DNA of 64,000 nt from Bacteroidota bacterium (GTDB lineage Bacteria > Bacteroidota > Bacteroidia > JABDFU01): positions 3,025-67,024 of the forward strand of contig JABDFU010000004.1 of assembly GCA_013286385.1 (NCBI GenBank), given 5' to 3'. Positions within the stretch are counted from its first letter, which is position 1, and each line of letters opens with the position of its first letter. Positions 53,034 through 63,980 of the stretch are shown here, piece by piece. The notes beneath the pieces were generated by a model that worked only from the letters and a program-made list of their open reading frames with translations, was not told where the DNA came from and did no database searches. Position numbers and translations under genes: made by a program.

Positions 53034-55100
53034 TTATTGAAGAGTTAGCGAATTATTCTCATTCGAACTATGGTCCTTATTACTCTGGAAAAGCACCGGC
53101 TGTATCAGTTTAAACTCAACCCGTCGGTTCACCTCATATTGGTCTTCACTGCATTCGACGTTCTTTACGCAATTATTGAGCGGATGTTCATATCCGTAAC
53201 CTTTGGTTTTAATCCGGAGTCTGCTGACACCCTTGGAGGTAAGATACTTTAAAGACGCTTCTGCCCTCTTTTCAGAAAGAGCAATATTGTACTCAAAGGT
53301 TCCGCGGCAATCGGCATAGCCGCTTATCTCCAGTCTGGGGATAGGATTTAAAAGCATATACTGAGCAACCTGATCAAGTGTACCAAGAGCATCTGGCCGT
53401 ATGTCATAGTTGTCAAAGTCAAAATTGATGTTGGAGAATGAAGTTTGATTTGACAGCGGTTCCTGATTTTTTTCAACCGGTTGACTATTCTCAGCAGATT
53501 GGAACTTTGCTAAAGAATAAGCTCGGTTGATGATAGTATCGTTGATCAGTTTTCCAACACGTAAGGTATCTTCCAGTTCATAATAACCAGAGGCAGAAAC
53601 AGTCAAAAGCCAGTTCGAATTTCCAGGCAGTTTAAACTGGGTCAGTCCTTTTGAAAAAACCAACTGACTGTCTGATTTTGTTGCGATGTTAACATAGGAA
53701 ACGGTGCCACTGTCCAGTGGAAGAGACGACTGAAAATCATAAACAGAAACGTTTACCCTTGCGAATTTGATCGTATCCTGCTGATTGGGTCTGTATCCAA
53801 TAGTATAGATACTCGTTGAGACTGATTTATCCATATTGTCCCGGTCCAAATCAAAATGATAAATGTCATCATTCCCTGTTCCCCCTCCGCGGTTACTGGA
53901 GATGTAACCGCTTCTGCCGTTTTTAAGAAAAGCAATGCCAAAATCATCCGTAACAGAATTAAAAGGGTATTTCATCGGGATTGCTTTGGAGAAGGCTCCG
54001 TTTTTTTGAAGTGACACACAGATGTCAAGTCCCCCGAAACCGGCATATCCGTCGGATGAAAAATAAAGATTACCTGCAGAATCCAAAACAGGATAGATCT
54101 CCCGACCTGAAGTATTTACCGCAGGTCCCAGATTAACCGGACTGCTCCAGCCGTCCTTTTCACGATTGCAAACGTAAATATCCGAGCCGCCAAAGCCACC
54201 AGGCATGTCGGAGGAAAAATATAGTTTTGAACCATCGGAACTGATAAAAGGATAAGCAACAGAATAGTTATTACTGTTCAAAGATAAAGGAGTCATCCCA
54301 CTCCATTTATACTCACCCATTTTAGCCGAATATATTTTTATCCTGTCTGGTGCCTGGTCTTTCCTCAGACTTTTGGGAAGGTCATATCGTGTGCGTGAAA
54401 TGTAAATGCTGTCATAATTTTTTGAAAAAAAAGCGGGGCCGTCATGGAAATGAAGATCGATCATATTTTCTTCCATTACCACAGGCATACCAAATTCACC
54501 GGACACCGTATCCTTTTTTGCGTAATAAATATCCTGGTAATATCCACCTGTCCACCCGTCAATTATTTTGTCAAACATAGGCTCACGCCGGGTAGACGTA
54601 AAAACGATACCATTTTTATAAGGCACTGCACCGAAATCTGAATAGACCGAATTTACTCCTTTCACATCATCCAGCTTAATGGGCAGATCCCATTTATGAT
54701 CTTCCGTAACAATGTCGCAGGAATTCAGGTACATTTTTCCAATCGTATCCGACGGCATGAGGCTGTCGTATTTTTTAAATTCAACTTTTGCCAGATCATA
54801 CCTATTGTTATTTTTCAACAACAAGCCGTAAGTAAGATAAAACCGGGAGTCCGGGAAAGGACCGAAATTATTCACTTCAGTATAACTATTCAGAGCCTCT
54901 TCATAGTTGTTCATTTTTCGGTAACACTCTCCCAGCTTATAAAACAGCTGCTGACTCGGATGTTTATGAGCCGCTTTCTTATAAAGTCTGGCTGCTTCAG
55001 CAAAATCATCATGATTTGCAAGATTATCCGCCCTCTTTTCCTGTGCAAGGAATGGAATCGAAAATATCGCCAGCAGAATTGTCAGTCTAATTTTTTTCAC
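53034..55100 (-). CDS. PorE-like OmpA-family protein (TPR, PD40, OmpA)
   Basis: TPR start; LYFSSD PD40 repeats; INFDFD...GYADCRG...NRRVEF. Confidence 0.9.
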   Translation of the reverse strand: MKKIRLTILLAIFSIPFLAQEKRADNLANHDDFAEAARLYKKAAHKHPSQQLFYKLGECYRKMNNYEEALNSYTEVNNFGPFPDSRFYLTYGLLLKNNNRYDLAKVEFKKYDSLMPSDTIGKMYLNSCDIVTEDHKWDLPIKLDDVKGVNSVYSDFGAVPYKNGIVFTSTRREPMFDKIIDGWTGGYYQDIYYAKKDTVSGEFGMPVVMEENMIDLHFHDGPAFFSKNYDSIYISRTRYDLPKSLRKDQAPDRIKIYSAKMGEYKWSGMTPLSLNSNNYSVAYPFISSDGSKLYFSSDMPGGFGGSDIYVCNREKDGWSSPVNLGPAVNTSGREIYPVLDSAGNLYFSSDGYAGFGGLDICVSLQKNGAFSKAIPMKYPFNSVTDDFGIAFLKNGRSGYISSNRGGGTGNDDIYHFDLDRDNMDKSVSTSIYTIGYRPNQQDTIKFARVNVSVYDFQSSLPLDSGTVSYVNIATKSDSQLVFSKGLTQFKLPGNSNWLLTVSASGYYELEDTLRVGKLINDTIINRAYSLAKFQSAENSQPVEKNQEPLSNQTSFSNINFDFDNYDIRPDALGTLDQVAQYMLLNPIPRLEISGYADCRGTFEYNIALSEKRAEASLKYLTSKGVSRLRIKTKGYGYEHPLNNCVKNVECSEDQYEVNRRVEFKLIQPVLFQSNKDHSSNENNSLTLQ

Positions 55101-55115
55101 GTTTCAGGCTTTAGT

Positions 55116-56078
55116 TTAAAAAAATCTTGGATTTACTATGTTTGTTTTAGAAATATTCAGGTCCCAGCCAAGCATAAGCTCAAATGTTCCGTTATTGTAT
55201 TGCTGCGTAGCATTCAGATAGCTGTCGTAGGAAGCTCCTATGCGAAACCTGGTTCCTACTTCATATTCAATCATCGCTATAAATACATTATCCGTACCCT
55301 CCATGCCAATCCTTGGAGCGGTTCTCATACCAATGCCTGCAAAATATTTCTGATAAAAAATCAACGAGGCATTGTATCCGATATTGACCGGGGCTGCCGG
55401 TACATAGGTAATCTGAATGGATGGACGCAGATCAACAATTTCATTCAGCTTAAATACGATTCCTGAGATTAAATAATAATGCCGGTAGAACATGGCCGGT
55501 TCAGTTATGGCAGCCTCACTCATTAATGTATTATTGTCACCAAACTTAGGCTCCAGTAAATGAGTAGCTGAAGCACCTGCATAAAACCGATTTTTATATA
55601 AATAGATGCCAAAACTGGCGTCAGGTACTAACGAAGAGGCCACTGTGGTCGGAAAAACCGGATCATTCTTATTTTCAAGGACAAGCTGATTACCAAAAAT
55701 TGTCAGATCGTTTAAGGCTCCCTGCAAGCCAAAAGCAAGCTTGTAGCTTCCAACCGGAATGTAATACGAGTAGGTTGCCTGTACCCCGGTATTTCTCATA
55801 GGGCCTTCCTGATCATTATAAATCTGAAGACCTAAACCCACTCTCGAATTCGGTACAGGGCCGTTCATGTTAATTGATTGAGTTTCCGGCGAGCCCTGCA
55901 TACCATACCATTGGGTCCGGTTAATCAGAGTACCTGAAAATGCTTCCCGGCTCCCTGCGTAGGCAGGATTAATTTCAAGCTGGTTGAAAAAATACTGGGA
56001 AAAGCCTGCATCCTGCTGAGCCAGCGAATTCAGAAACAAAAGTCCTCCGGCAAGTAGTGTAAAAGCTTTGGTTTTCAT
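55116..56078 (-). CDS. PorP/SprF-family T9SS membrane protein
   Basis: QQDAGFSQYFFN.L.INPAYAG, R.QW.G..G.P.T, GTFELMLG, C-terminal NPRFF. Confidence 0.93.
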   Translation of the reverse strand: MKTKAFTLLAGGLLFLNSLAQQDAGFSQYFFNQLEINPAYAGSREAFSGTLINRTQWYGMQGSPETQSINMNGPVPNSRVGLGLQIYNDQEGPMRNTGVQATYSYYIPVGSYKLAFGLQGALNDLTIFGNQLVLENKNDPVFPTTVASSLVPDASFGIYLYKNRFYAGASATHLLEPKFGDNNTLMSEAAITEPAMFYRHYYLISGIVFKLNEIVDLRPSIQITYVPAAPVNIGYNASLIFYQKYFAGIGMRTAPRIGMEGTDNVFIAMIEYEVGTRFRIGASYDSYLNATQQYNNGTFELMLGWDLNISKTNIVNPRFF

Positions 56079-56088
56079 TTTTACAGTT

Positions 56089-59000
56089 TTATCGTTTAAT
56101 AAATACCCAACCTTGCTTGGTTTGGCTATCGTAACTGATGGTGTAATAATAGGTGCCGTCCGGCAAATTTTCCCCTTGCATATTTTGCCCTGACCATACA
56201 ACAGTTTTGCTGTCATAATTAATTCCAACCCATACCTCATCTCCCCACCTGTTAAGGATCAGTACTTTATTTTCAGGGTAATCATAAAGCAAAGGAATAT
56301 CCCAGGTATCATTTATACCGTCGCCATTAGGTGAAATAGCATTATAGAATAGATTGGATGCGGTCGCAGTGATCTGAATCACGGTCACTCTGACAGAATT
56401 TGTTTTTGAACATCCAGTTGAAGTATCCGTCTCAGTTAATGTATAGGTTATCGTAGAATCGGGACTTGCTGTTGGCTCAGAAACGCTTGCAGAGCTCAAA
56501 CCCTTGGCAGGCGACCAGCTATAGGTGTTTCCGCGAAGAGCAGCTCCACCGATGGCAACACTTGTGCCCGGATTAATGATTTGATCAGGACCTGTATAAG
56601 CAAGCGGAGAAGGATTTACAGCAATCGTTACGGTACCTGAATTTGAACAGCCGCCGGTTGAAGTTACTGTCAATGTATACGTTGTCGTTGCAGCTGGATC
56701 AGCTGTGGGCTGTGAAACCGAAGCAGAACTCAGACCCGTTGAGGGAGACCAGCTATACGTATACCCGGTGACCGGTGCAGCTCCAATAGAGGTACTTGAT
56801 CCGTTACAGATGGTAGTTCCGGCTCCCGGATTGGCAACCGGGTAAGGATTGACAGTAACGGTAACCGAATCTGATTTTCGACAACCGGTAGCTGAAACAG
56901 TCTCTGTCAGTACATAAATTGTTGTACTGTCCGGGCTGGCCGTAGGTTCTGAAACCGAAGAGGAACTCAATCCGGATGACGGTGACCAGCTGTAGGTATC
57001 ACCCGATACGGCTGCCGCGCCAATAGAAACAATCGCCCCCTTGCACATCGACTGATTTGCCCCGGTATTGGCAACAGGAAGCGGATTGACTGTAACTGTA
57101 ACAGAATTACTTTTTTGACATCCGGTCGCTGAAATGGTCTCCGTTAAAACATATGTTGTAGTGGTGTCCGGACTGGCTATGGGTTCTGAAACAGAAGCCG
57201 AACTCAATCCTGCTGAGGGTGACCAGCTATAGGTATCTCCGAATACTGAGGTCTCGCCAATAGAGACGCCTGATCCCTGGCAAATGGTCTGATTAGACCC
57301 GGCATTAGCTGCAGGAGATGGGTTAACAGCAATGGTAATGGAATCTGATTTTTGACATCCGGTTGCCGAAATCGTTTCAGTTAACAGGTACGTTGTTGTT
57401 GTGTCCGGACTGGCCAATGGCTCAGAAACTGAAGTCGAACTCAGACCCGCTGCAGGTGACCAACTGTAGGTATCGCCCGACACAGGCGTTGCACCGATAG
57501 TAACACCTGATCCCTTGCAAATGGTTTGATTCGGACCGGTATTGGCAGCAGGAAGCGGATTGACCGTAACGGTAACAGAATTACTTTTTTGACATCCGGT
57601 TGCCAAAATGGTCTCCGTTAAAATATATGTTGTAGTGGTGTCCGGACCGGCTGTGGGCTCTGAAACAGAAGTTGAACTCAATCCGGTTGAGGGCGACCAA
57701 CTATAGGTATCCCCTGATACAGGCGCTGCACCTATGGATACCATTGATCCTTTACAGAGTGCCTGATTCGCCCCTGTAGTAGCTGCAGGAGATGGATTAA
57801 CGGTAATGGTAACCGAATCTGATTTTTGACATCCGGTTAGTGAGTTTGTTTCTGTTAAAATATACGTTGTCGTCGTTGCCGGGCTGGCTGTAGGCTCAGA
57901 AACAGAAGTAGAGCTCAAACCCGCCGCAGGCCACCAACTGTAAATTTCATCCGACACCGGCGCTGCTCCAATAGAAACACTCGATCCGTTACAAATGATC
58001 TGATTAGATCCGGCGTTAACTGCAGGAGCCGAATTGATGTTAACAGTAATGGTAACAGAATCCGTTTTCAGGCATCCGGTTGCTGAAACTGTTTCGGTTA
58101 ATGTGTACGTTGTTGTTGTATCAGGGCTGGCAGTAGGCGCTGAAACGGAAGTAGAACTCAAACCAGCCGCGGGCGACCAATTGTAGGTATCACCCGATAC
58201 GGATGCTGCACCAATAGAAACACTTGATCCATTACAAATGGTCTGATTCGGCCCTGTATTAGCTGCAGGAAGCGAATTGACCGTAACGATAACAGAATTG
58301 CTTTTTTGACATCCGGTCGCCGAAATGGTCTCTGTTAAAGTGTACGTTGTAGTACTTACAGGACTGGCCATGGGCTCTGAAACAGAAGCAGAGCTCAAAC
58401 CGGTTGACGGCAACCAGCTGTAGGTGTCACCCGCTACAGGTGCTGTACCAATAGAAACAGCTGATCCATTACAAATGGTCTGATCAGATCCGGCATTAGC
58501 TGCAGGAGAGGTATTCACAGTTACAGTAACAGAATCTGATTTTTGACATCCGGTTGCCGAAACTGTTTCGGTTAATGTGTACGTTGTTGTTGTAATCGGG
58601 CTCGCTGTGGGCTCAGAAACAGAAACAGAACTCAAGCCGGCTGACGGCGACCAACTGTAGGTATCACCCGATACAGGCGCTGCACCGATAGAAGTACCTG
58701 ACCCCTGGCACAGGGTCTGATTCGGTCCGGTATCAGCGGCAGGAGTCGGATTGACTGTAACAGAAACAGAATTGCTTTTTTGACATCCGGTCGCCGAAAT
58801 GGTCTCTGTTAAAGTGTACGTTGTAGTACCTACAGGACTGGCGATGGGCTCTGAAACAGAAGTTGAACTCAAACCGGTTGACGGTGACCAACTGTAGGTA
58901 TCGCCTGATGCAGGCGCTGCACCGATAGAAACACCTGATCCTTGACATATCGTCTGATTCGGCCCTGTATCAGCGGCAGGAAGCGGATTGACCGTAACAA

Positions 59001-60306
59001 TAACAGAATCTGACTTCTGACATCCGGTTGCCGAAATGGTCTCTGTTAAAACATACGTTGTTGTAGTGTCCGGACTGGCTAATGGTTCAGAAACAGAAGT
59101 CGAGCTCAAACCCGCTGCAGGTGACCAACTGTAGGTATCACCCGATACAGGCGCTGCACCGATGGAAACACCTGATCCCTGACACATAGTCTGATTGGCT
59201 CCTGCATTAGCTGCAGGTGCCGGATTTACAGTAATAGTAACCGAAGCTGATTTTTGACATCCGGTCAAAGGAAACGTTGCTGTTACCACGTACGTTGTAG
59301 TAGTGGACGGATCTGCCAGGGGTTGTGGAACAGAAGTTGAACTCAATCCGGTTGACGGTGACCAGCTGTAGGTTTCTCCGGGAACAGGAGAAGTCCCGAG
59401 GGTAACAGTTGCTCCGTTGCAAATTGTCTGATCATGCCCGGCATCAGCTATTGGCAAAGGATTCATACTAACCACTGCGGGAGCCGAATAGCTCGTACAT
59501 CCGTTGGCATACGTTATACCAACTGAATAGTTACCGATTTCAGCTACCACAATACTTTTACTCGTATCTCCATTGGACCAGAGAAATGTTGCACCATTGG
59601 AAGAAGTAAGTGTAACAGAGTCTCCCTGGCAAAAACCCAACGTATCTTCGGGTAATATGTGGGCAGCAGGTACCGGCTTCACTTTAATTGTGAGTGAATC
59701 CGTTGCCTGGCAACCGGTTACTAAATTTGTAACCAATAGGGTATACGTTGTTGTATCATCCGGACTGGCTAATGGAGCTGAAACTGAATAAGAACCCAAT
59801 CCACGATCCGGAGTCCATGAATACGTATAACCAATAACAGGAGGGGATCCTATCGAAATTGTATCCCCGTAACAAACAGTTTGGGGTAGCCCTGGATTGG
59901 CTACAGGTGAAGGATTTACGGTAATTAACACAAGAGCCGTATCACACATGGAAGGACTTGCATCATCACAAACCACGTATACAATTGTATCCTTACCACT
60001 GAAATTTGCAGTTGGAGTGTAATTGATGGAATTCCCATTCAGTGAAGCAATGCCATTTTTGGGTCCTGAATAAATACTCGTGGTCATTCCGTCTCCATTA
60101 GGATCACTGTCATGTTTTTGCACATTGCATACGACCGTCCCTCCATTTTCACACATAATGATTGTGTCATTTGCAGCGACCGGGGGCTGATTTGTCAATA
60201 CACGGAAAGCATGAATCACCCTGTCAGATTCACATTGCCCATTTGTTGCAAATAAAAACAGGAGCGAAATCAGGATTACATATTGCACGGGTACCTTCAT
60301 ATCCAT
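56089..60306 (-). CDS. T9SS type-B cargo adhesin-like protein with Ig-like domain and 14 PKD-like repeats
   Basis: Signal peptide; NQPPVAAND Ig-like domain; 79-aa repeats; CTD NAISPNGDGINDTW...NRWG...LPDGTYYY. Confidence 0.92.
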   Translation of the reverse strand: MDMKVPVQYVILISLLFLFATNGQCESDRVIHAFRVLTNQPPVAANDTIIMCENGGTVVCNVQKHDSDPNGDGMTTSIYSGPKNGIASLNGNSINYTPTANFSGKDTIVYVVCDDASPSMCDTALVLITVNPSPVANPGLPQTVCYGDTISIGSPPVIGYTYSWTPDRGLGSYSVSAPLASPDDTTTYTLLVTNLVTGCQATDSLTIKVKPVPAAHILPEDTLGFCQGDSVTLTSSNGATFLWSNGDTSKSIVVAEIGNYSVGITYANGCTSYSAPAVVSMNPLPIADAGHDQTICNGATVTLGTSPVPGETYSWSPSTGLSSTSVPQPLADPSTTTTYVVTATFPLTGCQKSASVTITVNPAPAANAGANQTMCQGSGVSIGAAPVSGDTYSWSPAAGLSSTSVSEPLASPDTTTTYVLTETISATGCQKSDSVIVTVNPLPAADTGPNQTICQGSGVSIGAAPASGDTYSWSPSTGLSSTSVSEPIASPVGTTTYTLTETISATGCQKSNSVSVTVNPTPAADTGPNQTLCQGSGTSIGAAPVSGDTYSWSPSAGLSSVSVSEPTASPITTTTYTLTETVSATGCQKSDSVTVTVNTSPAANAGSDQTICNGSAVSIGTAPVAGDTYSWLPSTGLSSASVSEPMASPVSTTTYTLTETISATGCQKSNSVIVTVNSLPAANTGPNQTICNGSSVSIGAASVSGDTYNWSPAAGLSSTSVSAPTASPDTTTTYTLTETVSATGCLKTDSVTITVNINSAPAVNAGSNQIICNGSSVSIGAAPVSDEIYSWWPAAGLSSTSVSEPTASPATTTTYILTETNSLTGCQKSDSVTITVNPSPAATTGANQALCKGSMVSIGAAPVSGDTYSWSPSTGLSSTSVSEPTAGPDTTTTYILTETILATGCQKSNSVTVTVNPLPAANTGPNQTICKGSGVTIGATPVSGDTYSWSPAAGLSSTSVSEPLASPDTTTTYLLTETISATGCQKSDSITIAVNPSPAANAGSNQTICQGSGVSIGETSVFGDTYSWSPSAGLSSASVSEPIASPDTTTTYVLTETISATGCQKSNSVTVTVNPLPVANTGANQSMCKGAIVSIGAAAVSGDTYSWSPSSGLSSSSVSEPTASPDSTTIYVLTETVSATGCRKSDSVTVTVNPYPVANPGAGTTICNGSSTSIGAAPVTGYTYSWSPSTGLSSASVSQPTADPAATTTYTLTVTSTGGCSNSGTVTIAVNPSPLAYTGPDQIINPGTSVAIGGAALRGNTYSWSPAKGLSSASVSEPTASPDSTITYTLTETDTSTGCSKTNSVRVTVIQITATASNLFYNAISPNGDGINDTWDIPLLYDYPENKVLILNRWGDEVWVGINYDSKTVVWSGQNMQGENLPDGTYYYTISYDSQTKQGWVFIKR
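56380..59465 (-). repeat. Coding tandem repeat, about 237-bp unit, 13 contiguous copies
   Basis: For example TGACATCCGG at 58544 and 58781; the unit encodes P.A..G..Q..C.G...YSWSP..GLSS.SV..P.A.P..TTTY.LT......GC. Confidence 0.9.
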
Positions 60307-60487
60307 TTTATTTTTTATCAAATGTATTCCACAGGTCAAGTCACAAATTTATTTTGTGATACTTGGTATTTAAAATAAGATAACTCGCTATTCGGAAAAG
60401 ACGGTTGAAGTCAGAGATGTCGAAATCTTATACTAGGTATTTTAACCAATCTTTACTTTCCTGACTAAATCTAGCTTAGCGCATCCA

Positions 60488-62707
60488 ATGTACTTCCAAC
60501 ATTACAAACAAACGGATGAAATGGATTGCGGTCCAACCTGCCTGCGAATGATCGCAAAACATTACGGGCAAAGTTTCAAACTCCAGGAGTTACGGCAATT
60601 GTCAGGCACTACACGTGCAGGAAGCGGCTTGCTGGGAATCAGTGAAGCTGCGGAAAAAATAGGATTCAGGACCATTGGCGTAAAGCTGAATTTTGAGAGG
60701 CTTCTCGTTGACGTTCCTTTACCATGCATAGCACATTGGAACCAAAATCATTTCGTGGTCATCTATAAAATCAAAAACAACACGGTATGGATTGCGGATC
60801 CGGCCCATGGCTTATTAAAATACAGCAAAGCAGATTTTCTAACCTTTTGGAAAAGTGATGCCAGCGATGGCATTTTACTTTTGCTGGAGCCAACTCCCGG
60901 ATTTAACGGAAATAGGGAAACTGCCGATTCATCTTCCTTACTCCAGAAGGAAAGAGTACAGGGTTTCGCGTTCCTGTACAGTTACCTCCATCGCTACAAA
61001 AAAATGCTTGCTCAGTTAATCATAGGATTGTTTGCAGGCAGCCTGTTGCAATTGGTTTTCCCTTTTTTAACTCAGAGTATTGTAGACATTGGAGTTGAGC
61101 ACAATGATATTCATTTTGTATACCTCATCCTCTTTGCTCAGTTAATGCTGTTTGCCGGCAAGGCTGTCATAGACGTACTACGGAGTTGGATTCTGCTGCA
61201 CATCAGCAGCAGAATCAACATTTCATTGATTTCAGATTTTTTCGTTAAACTGATGAAACTTCCGATTTCATTTTTCGACATAAAAATGACCGGAGATATC
61301 CTGCAACGAATCAATGACCACCATCGAATAGAGAACTTCCTGACCTCGACAAGTTTGAATGTATTGTTCTCGGCAATGAACCTGATCGTATTCAGTTTCG
61401 TATTAGCCTATTACAATGGTTCCGTTTTCCTAATTTTTCTCATCGGCAGTTCGCTCTATTTTTTGTGGATTTCATTTTTTCTTAAAAGGCGGGCTGAAAT
61501 TGACTTCAAAAGTTTCACGCAGAATTCAAAGAACCAAAGCAAGGTAATGGAACTCATTACCGGCATGCAGGAAATCAAGCTTCAAAATGCCGAACGTCAA
61601 AAACGCTGGCAATGGGAAAATATACAGGTTCGATTGTTCAAAATAAGCAGTAAGGGCCTGGTTCTGGAGCAAATTCAAAATACAGGTTCAGCTTTAATCA
61701 ATGAGTTAAAGAACAGTTGCATCACCATTGTATCCGCTAAACTTGTTATTGATGGTCAAATTTCCTTAGGCATGATGCTTTCAATAAGTTATATAATCGG
61801 ACAACTCAACAGCCCGGTCATTCAGCTGGTCAGCTTTACGCAAAGCTTACAGGATGCCCGTCTGAGTCTCGAACGGCTGTCCGAAATACACAGCAGGCCG
61901 AATGAAGAAACAGTGTTCAATGAATGCGCAACAGAAATCGGGCAAGTCGCTTCCATTGAAACGAGAAAACTTTGTTTCCGATATGCAGGATCGACCCAAA
62001 ATTGGGTTCTTAAGGATCTGAACCTGGTTATTCCGGCAAGAAAAGTCACAGCTATCGTCGGTTCAAGCGGAAGCGGCAAAACAACCCTTTTGAAAATCCT
62101 GCTTAAATTCTACGATCCGACTTCCGGAGAAATTCTGTTAAACTCCGCCTTATCCCCTGGCAACAGAATAAAACTCAACTCCGTTTCTTCAAAAGTCTGG
62201 CGAAATTCTTTTGGGGTCGTTATGCAGGAGGGGTTTATTTTTTCAGACAGCATTGCACACAATATTACGGTAGGCGCTGAAGATATTGACACAATCAAAC
62301 TTAGACAAGCGGTAAAAATTGCAAACATCGGTGAATTTATTGAGTCTCTGCCTCTGGGCTACAATACAAAAATAGGCATGGAAGGAACAGGAATAAGTAC
62401 AGGGCAAAAACAGCGTATTTTAATTGCCCGTGCCGTTTATAAAAATCCCGATTATTTGTTTTTTGATGAGGCCACAAGCGCCCTCGATGCGACCAATGAA
62501 AAAATAATAATGAATAATCTCGGGCATTTTTTTAAAGGGAAAACCGTAGTCATTATAGCACATCGCCTTAGCACGGTAAAAAATGCAGATCAGATAATCG
62601 TTTTGGAAAAGGGCAAAATTGCAGAGCAGGGTAATCACGCATGCCTGGCTTCCAGAAAAGGAACGTATTATAATTTGGTTAAAAATCAACTGGAACTTGG
62701 CAATTAA
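60488..62707 (+). CDS. Peptidase C39-containing ABC transporter (bacteriocin/RiPP exporter)
   Basis: QTDEMDCGPTCL and HW...HFVV C39 motifs, TM domain, GSSGSGKT, STGQKQR, DEATSALD. Confidence 0.95.
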   Translation: MYFQHYKQTDEMDCGPTCLRMIAKHYGQSFKLQELRQLSGTTRAGSGLLGISEAAEKIGFRTIGVKLNFERLLVDVPLPCIAHWNQNHFVVIYKIKNNTVWIADPAHGLLKYSKADFLTFWKSDASDGILLLLEPTPGFNGNRETADSSSLLQKERVQGFAFLYSYLHRYKKMLAQLIIGLFAGSLLQLVFPFLTQSIVDIGVEHNDIHFVYLILFAQLMLFAGKAVIDVLRSWILLHISSRINISLISDFFVKLMKLPISFFDIKMTGDILQRINDHHRIENFLTSTSLNVLFSAMNLIVFSFVLAYYNGSVFLIFLIGSSLYFLWISFFLKRRAEIDFKSFTQNSKNQSKVMELITGMQEIKLQNAERQKRWQWENIQVRLFKISSKGLVLEQIQNTGSALINELKNSCITIVSAKLVIDGQISLGMMLSISYIIGQLNSPVIQLVSFTQSLQDARLSLERLSEIHSRPNEETVFNECATEIGQVASIETRKLCFRYAGSTQNWVLKDLNLVIPARKVTAIVGSSGSGKTTLLKILLKFYDPTSGEILLNSALSPGNRIKLNSVSSKVWRNSFGVVMQEGFIFSDSIAHNITVGAEDIDTIKLRQAVKIANIGEFIESLPLGYNTKIGMEGTGISTGQKQRILIARAVYKNPDYLFFDEATSALDATNEKIIMNNLGHFFKGKTVVIIAHRLSTVKNADQIIVLEKGKIAEQGNHACLASRKGTYYNLVKNQLELGN

Positions 62708-62708
62708 A

Positions 62709-63980
62709 ATGACGGAAGAAAAAGAAATTGAACGAAGGACTGATGAGGTAAATGAACTGCTTTCAACAGTACCGGCCTGGATTGTGCGATGGGGCATTGC
62801 CGTTGTATTTTGTCTGATACTTACAGAATTTTTACTATCCTTTCTTATCCGCTCTCCCGATCTTCTTTCAGCCAAAACCACCGTAACGACAATTCACCCT
62901 CCGGTGACCCTTGTTGCTAAAGCGAGTGGCAAAATCATCGCGTTAAATTATTCAAACAATGAAGCAGTAAAAAAAGGTGCCACAGTACTGGTTGTAGAAA
63001 ATACAGCAAATTACAAGGACGTCTTAAAAATTTCTGATATGCTGGATTCCCTGAAGTCCTGTTTAAGGCGTAAACATGCACTCCCCGAAATTGCTTCGAT
63101 CGACTCGTTTCAACTCGGTGAACTGACACCTGCCCTTATTTTGTTTTTTAACAGCTACAACGAATTCAAATTGCAACTAGAAACCAATCCTCAATTAAAG
63201 GAAATTGCCATCATTGACAATCAACTCACAGCCTGCCAGTTTCTGCAAAACAATTACCAGGACCAGGCCAATACAAATAAGGAAGAGCTTTCACTCGCAG
63301 AAAAGGATTTTGAAAGGGATCACAACCTATTCCGGAACCAGGCCATCAGTGCCAGAGAATACGAAGACAAAAAAAGAGAGTACCTGGCAGCCCGATGCAA
63401 CTATGAGGGATTGAAGATAAACTGCCTAAACAATACAATTACTGTAAATAATCTGAAAAGAAACAGATTGCAACTGCAAATGCAGGCCATCAGGGATGCC
63501 GATCTGTATAATCAGAATCTGACGCATGCCATTCAAAGTCTGGAGTCGCAAATTGAAGCCTGGAAACAGACCTGGTTGCTGACTTCTCCTGTCGACGGGA
63601 GAATTTCGCTATTTAATTTCTGGAGCGTGCATCAGAATCTGAAACAGGGAGAAGAGGTATTGACCATTATCCCCAATGAGAAACAGGAAGCTATTGCCAG
63701 ACTGCTTTTACCTGTTCGGAATTCAGGCAAGCTGAAATCGGGGCAAAAGGTGAACATTCGATTGGACAATTACCCCTCTCCTGAATACGGAGTGTTGAAT
63801 GGATTTGTCAAAAGCATCTCTGAAATACCTGAAAACAATCTCTTTTCCGTTGAAGTATCACTTCCTGATCAACTCGTCACCAGCTATAAAAAGAAGCTGA
63901 AATACAAAGAAGAAATGCAGGGTACCGCTGAAATAGTAACCGAAGAATTAAGCGTATTTGAACGGGTGTTTTATCATTAG
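62709..63980 (+). CDS. HlyD-family secretion adaptor
   Basis: PAWIVRWG plus TM, coiled coil, SPVDG, YP..EYG.L.G.V, G.AEIVTE. Confidence 0.92.
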   Translation: MTEEKEIERRTDEVNELLSTVPAWIVRWGIAVVFCLILTEFLLSFLIRSPDLLSAKTTVTTIHPPVTLVAKASGKIIALNYSNNEAVKKGATVLVVENTANYKDVLKISDMLDSLKSCLRRKHALPEIASIDSFQLGELTPALILFFNSYNEFKLQLETNPQLKEIAIIDNQLTACQFLQNNYQDQANTNKEELSLAEKDFERDHNLFRNQAISAREYEDKKREYLAARCNYEGLKINCLNNTITVNNLKRNRLQLQMQAIRDADLYNQNLTHAIQSLESQIEAWKQTWLLTSPVDGRISLFNFWSVHQNLKQGEEVLTIIPNEKQEAIARLLLPVRNSGKLKSGQKVNIRLDNYPSPEYGVLNGFVKSISEIPENNLFSVEVSLPDQLVTSYKKKLKYKEEMQGTAEIVTEELSVFERVFYH

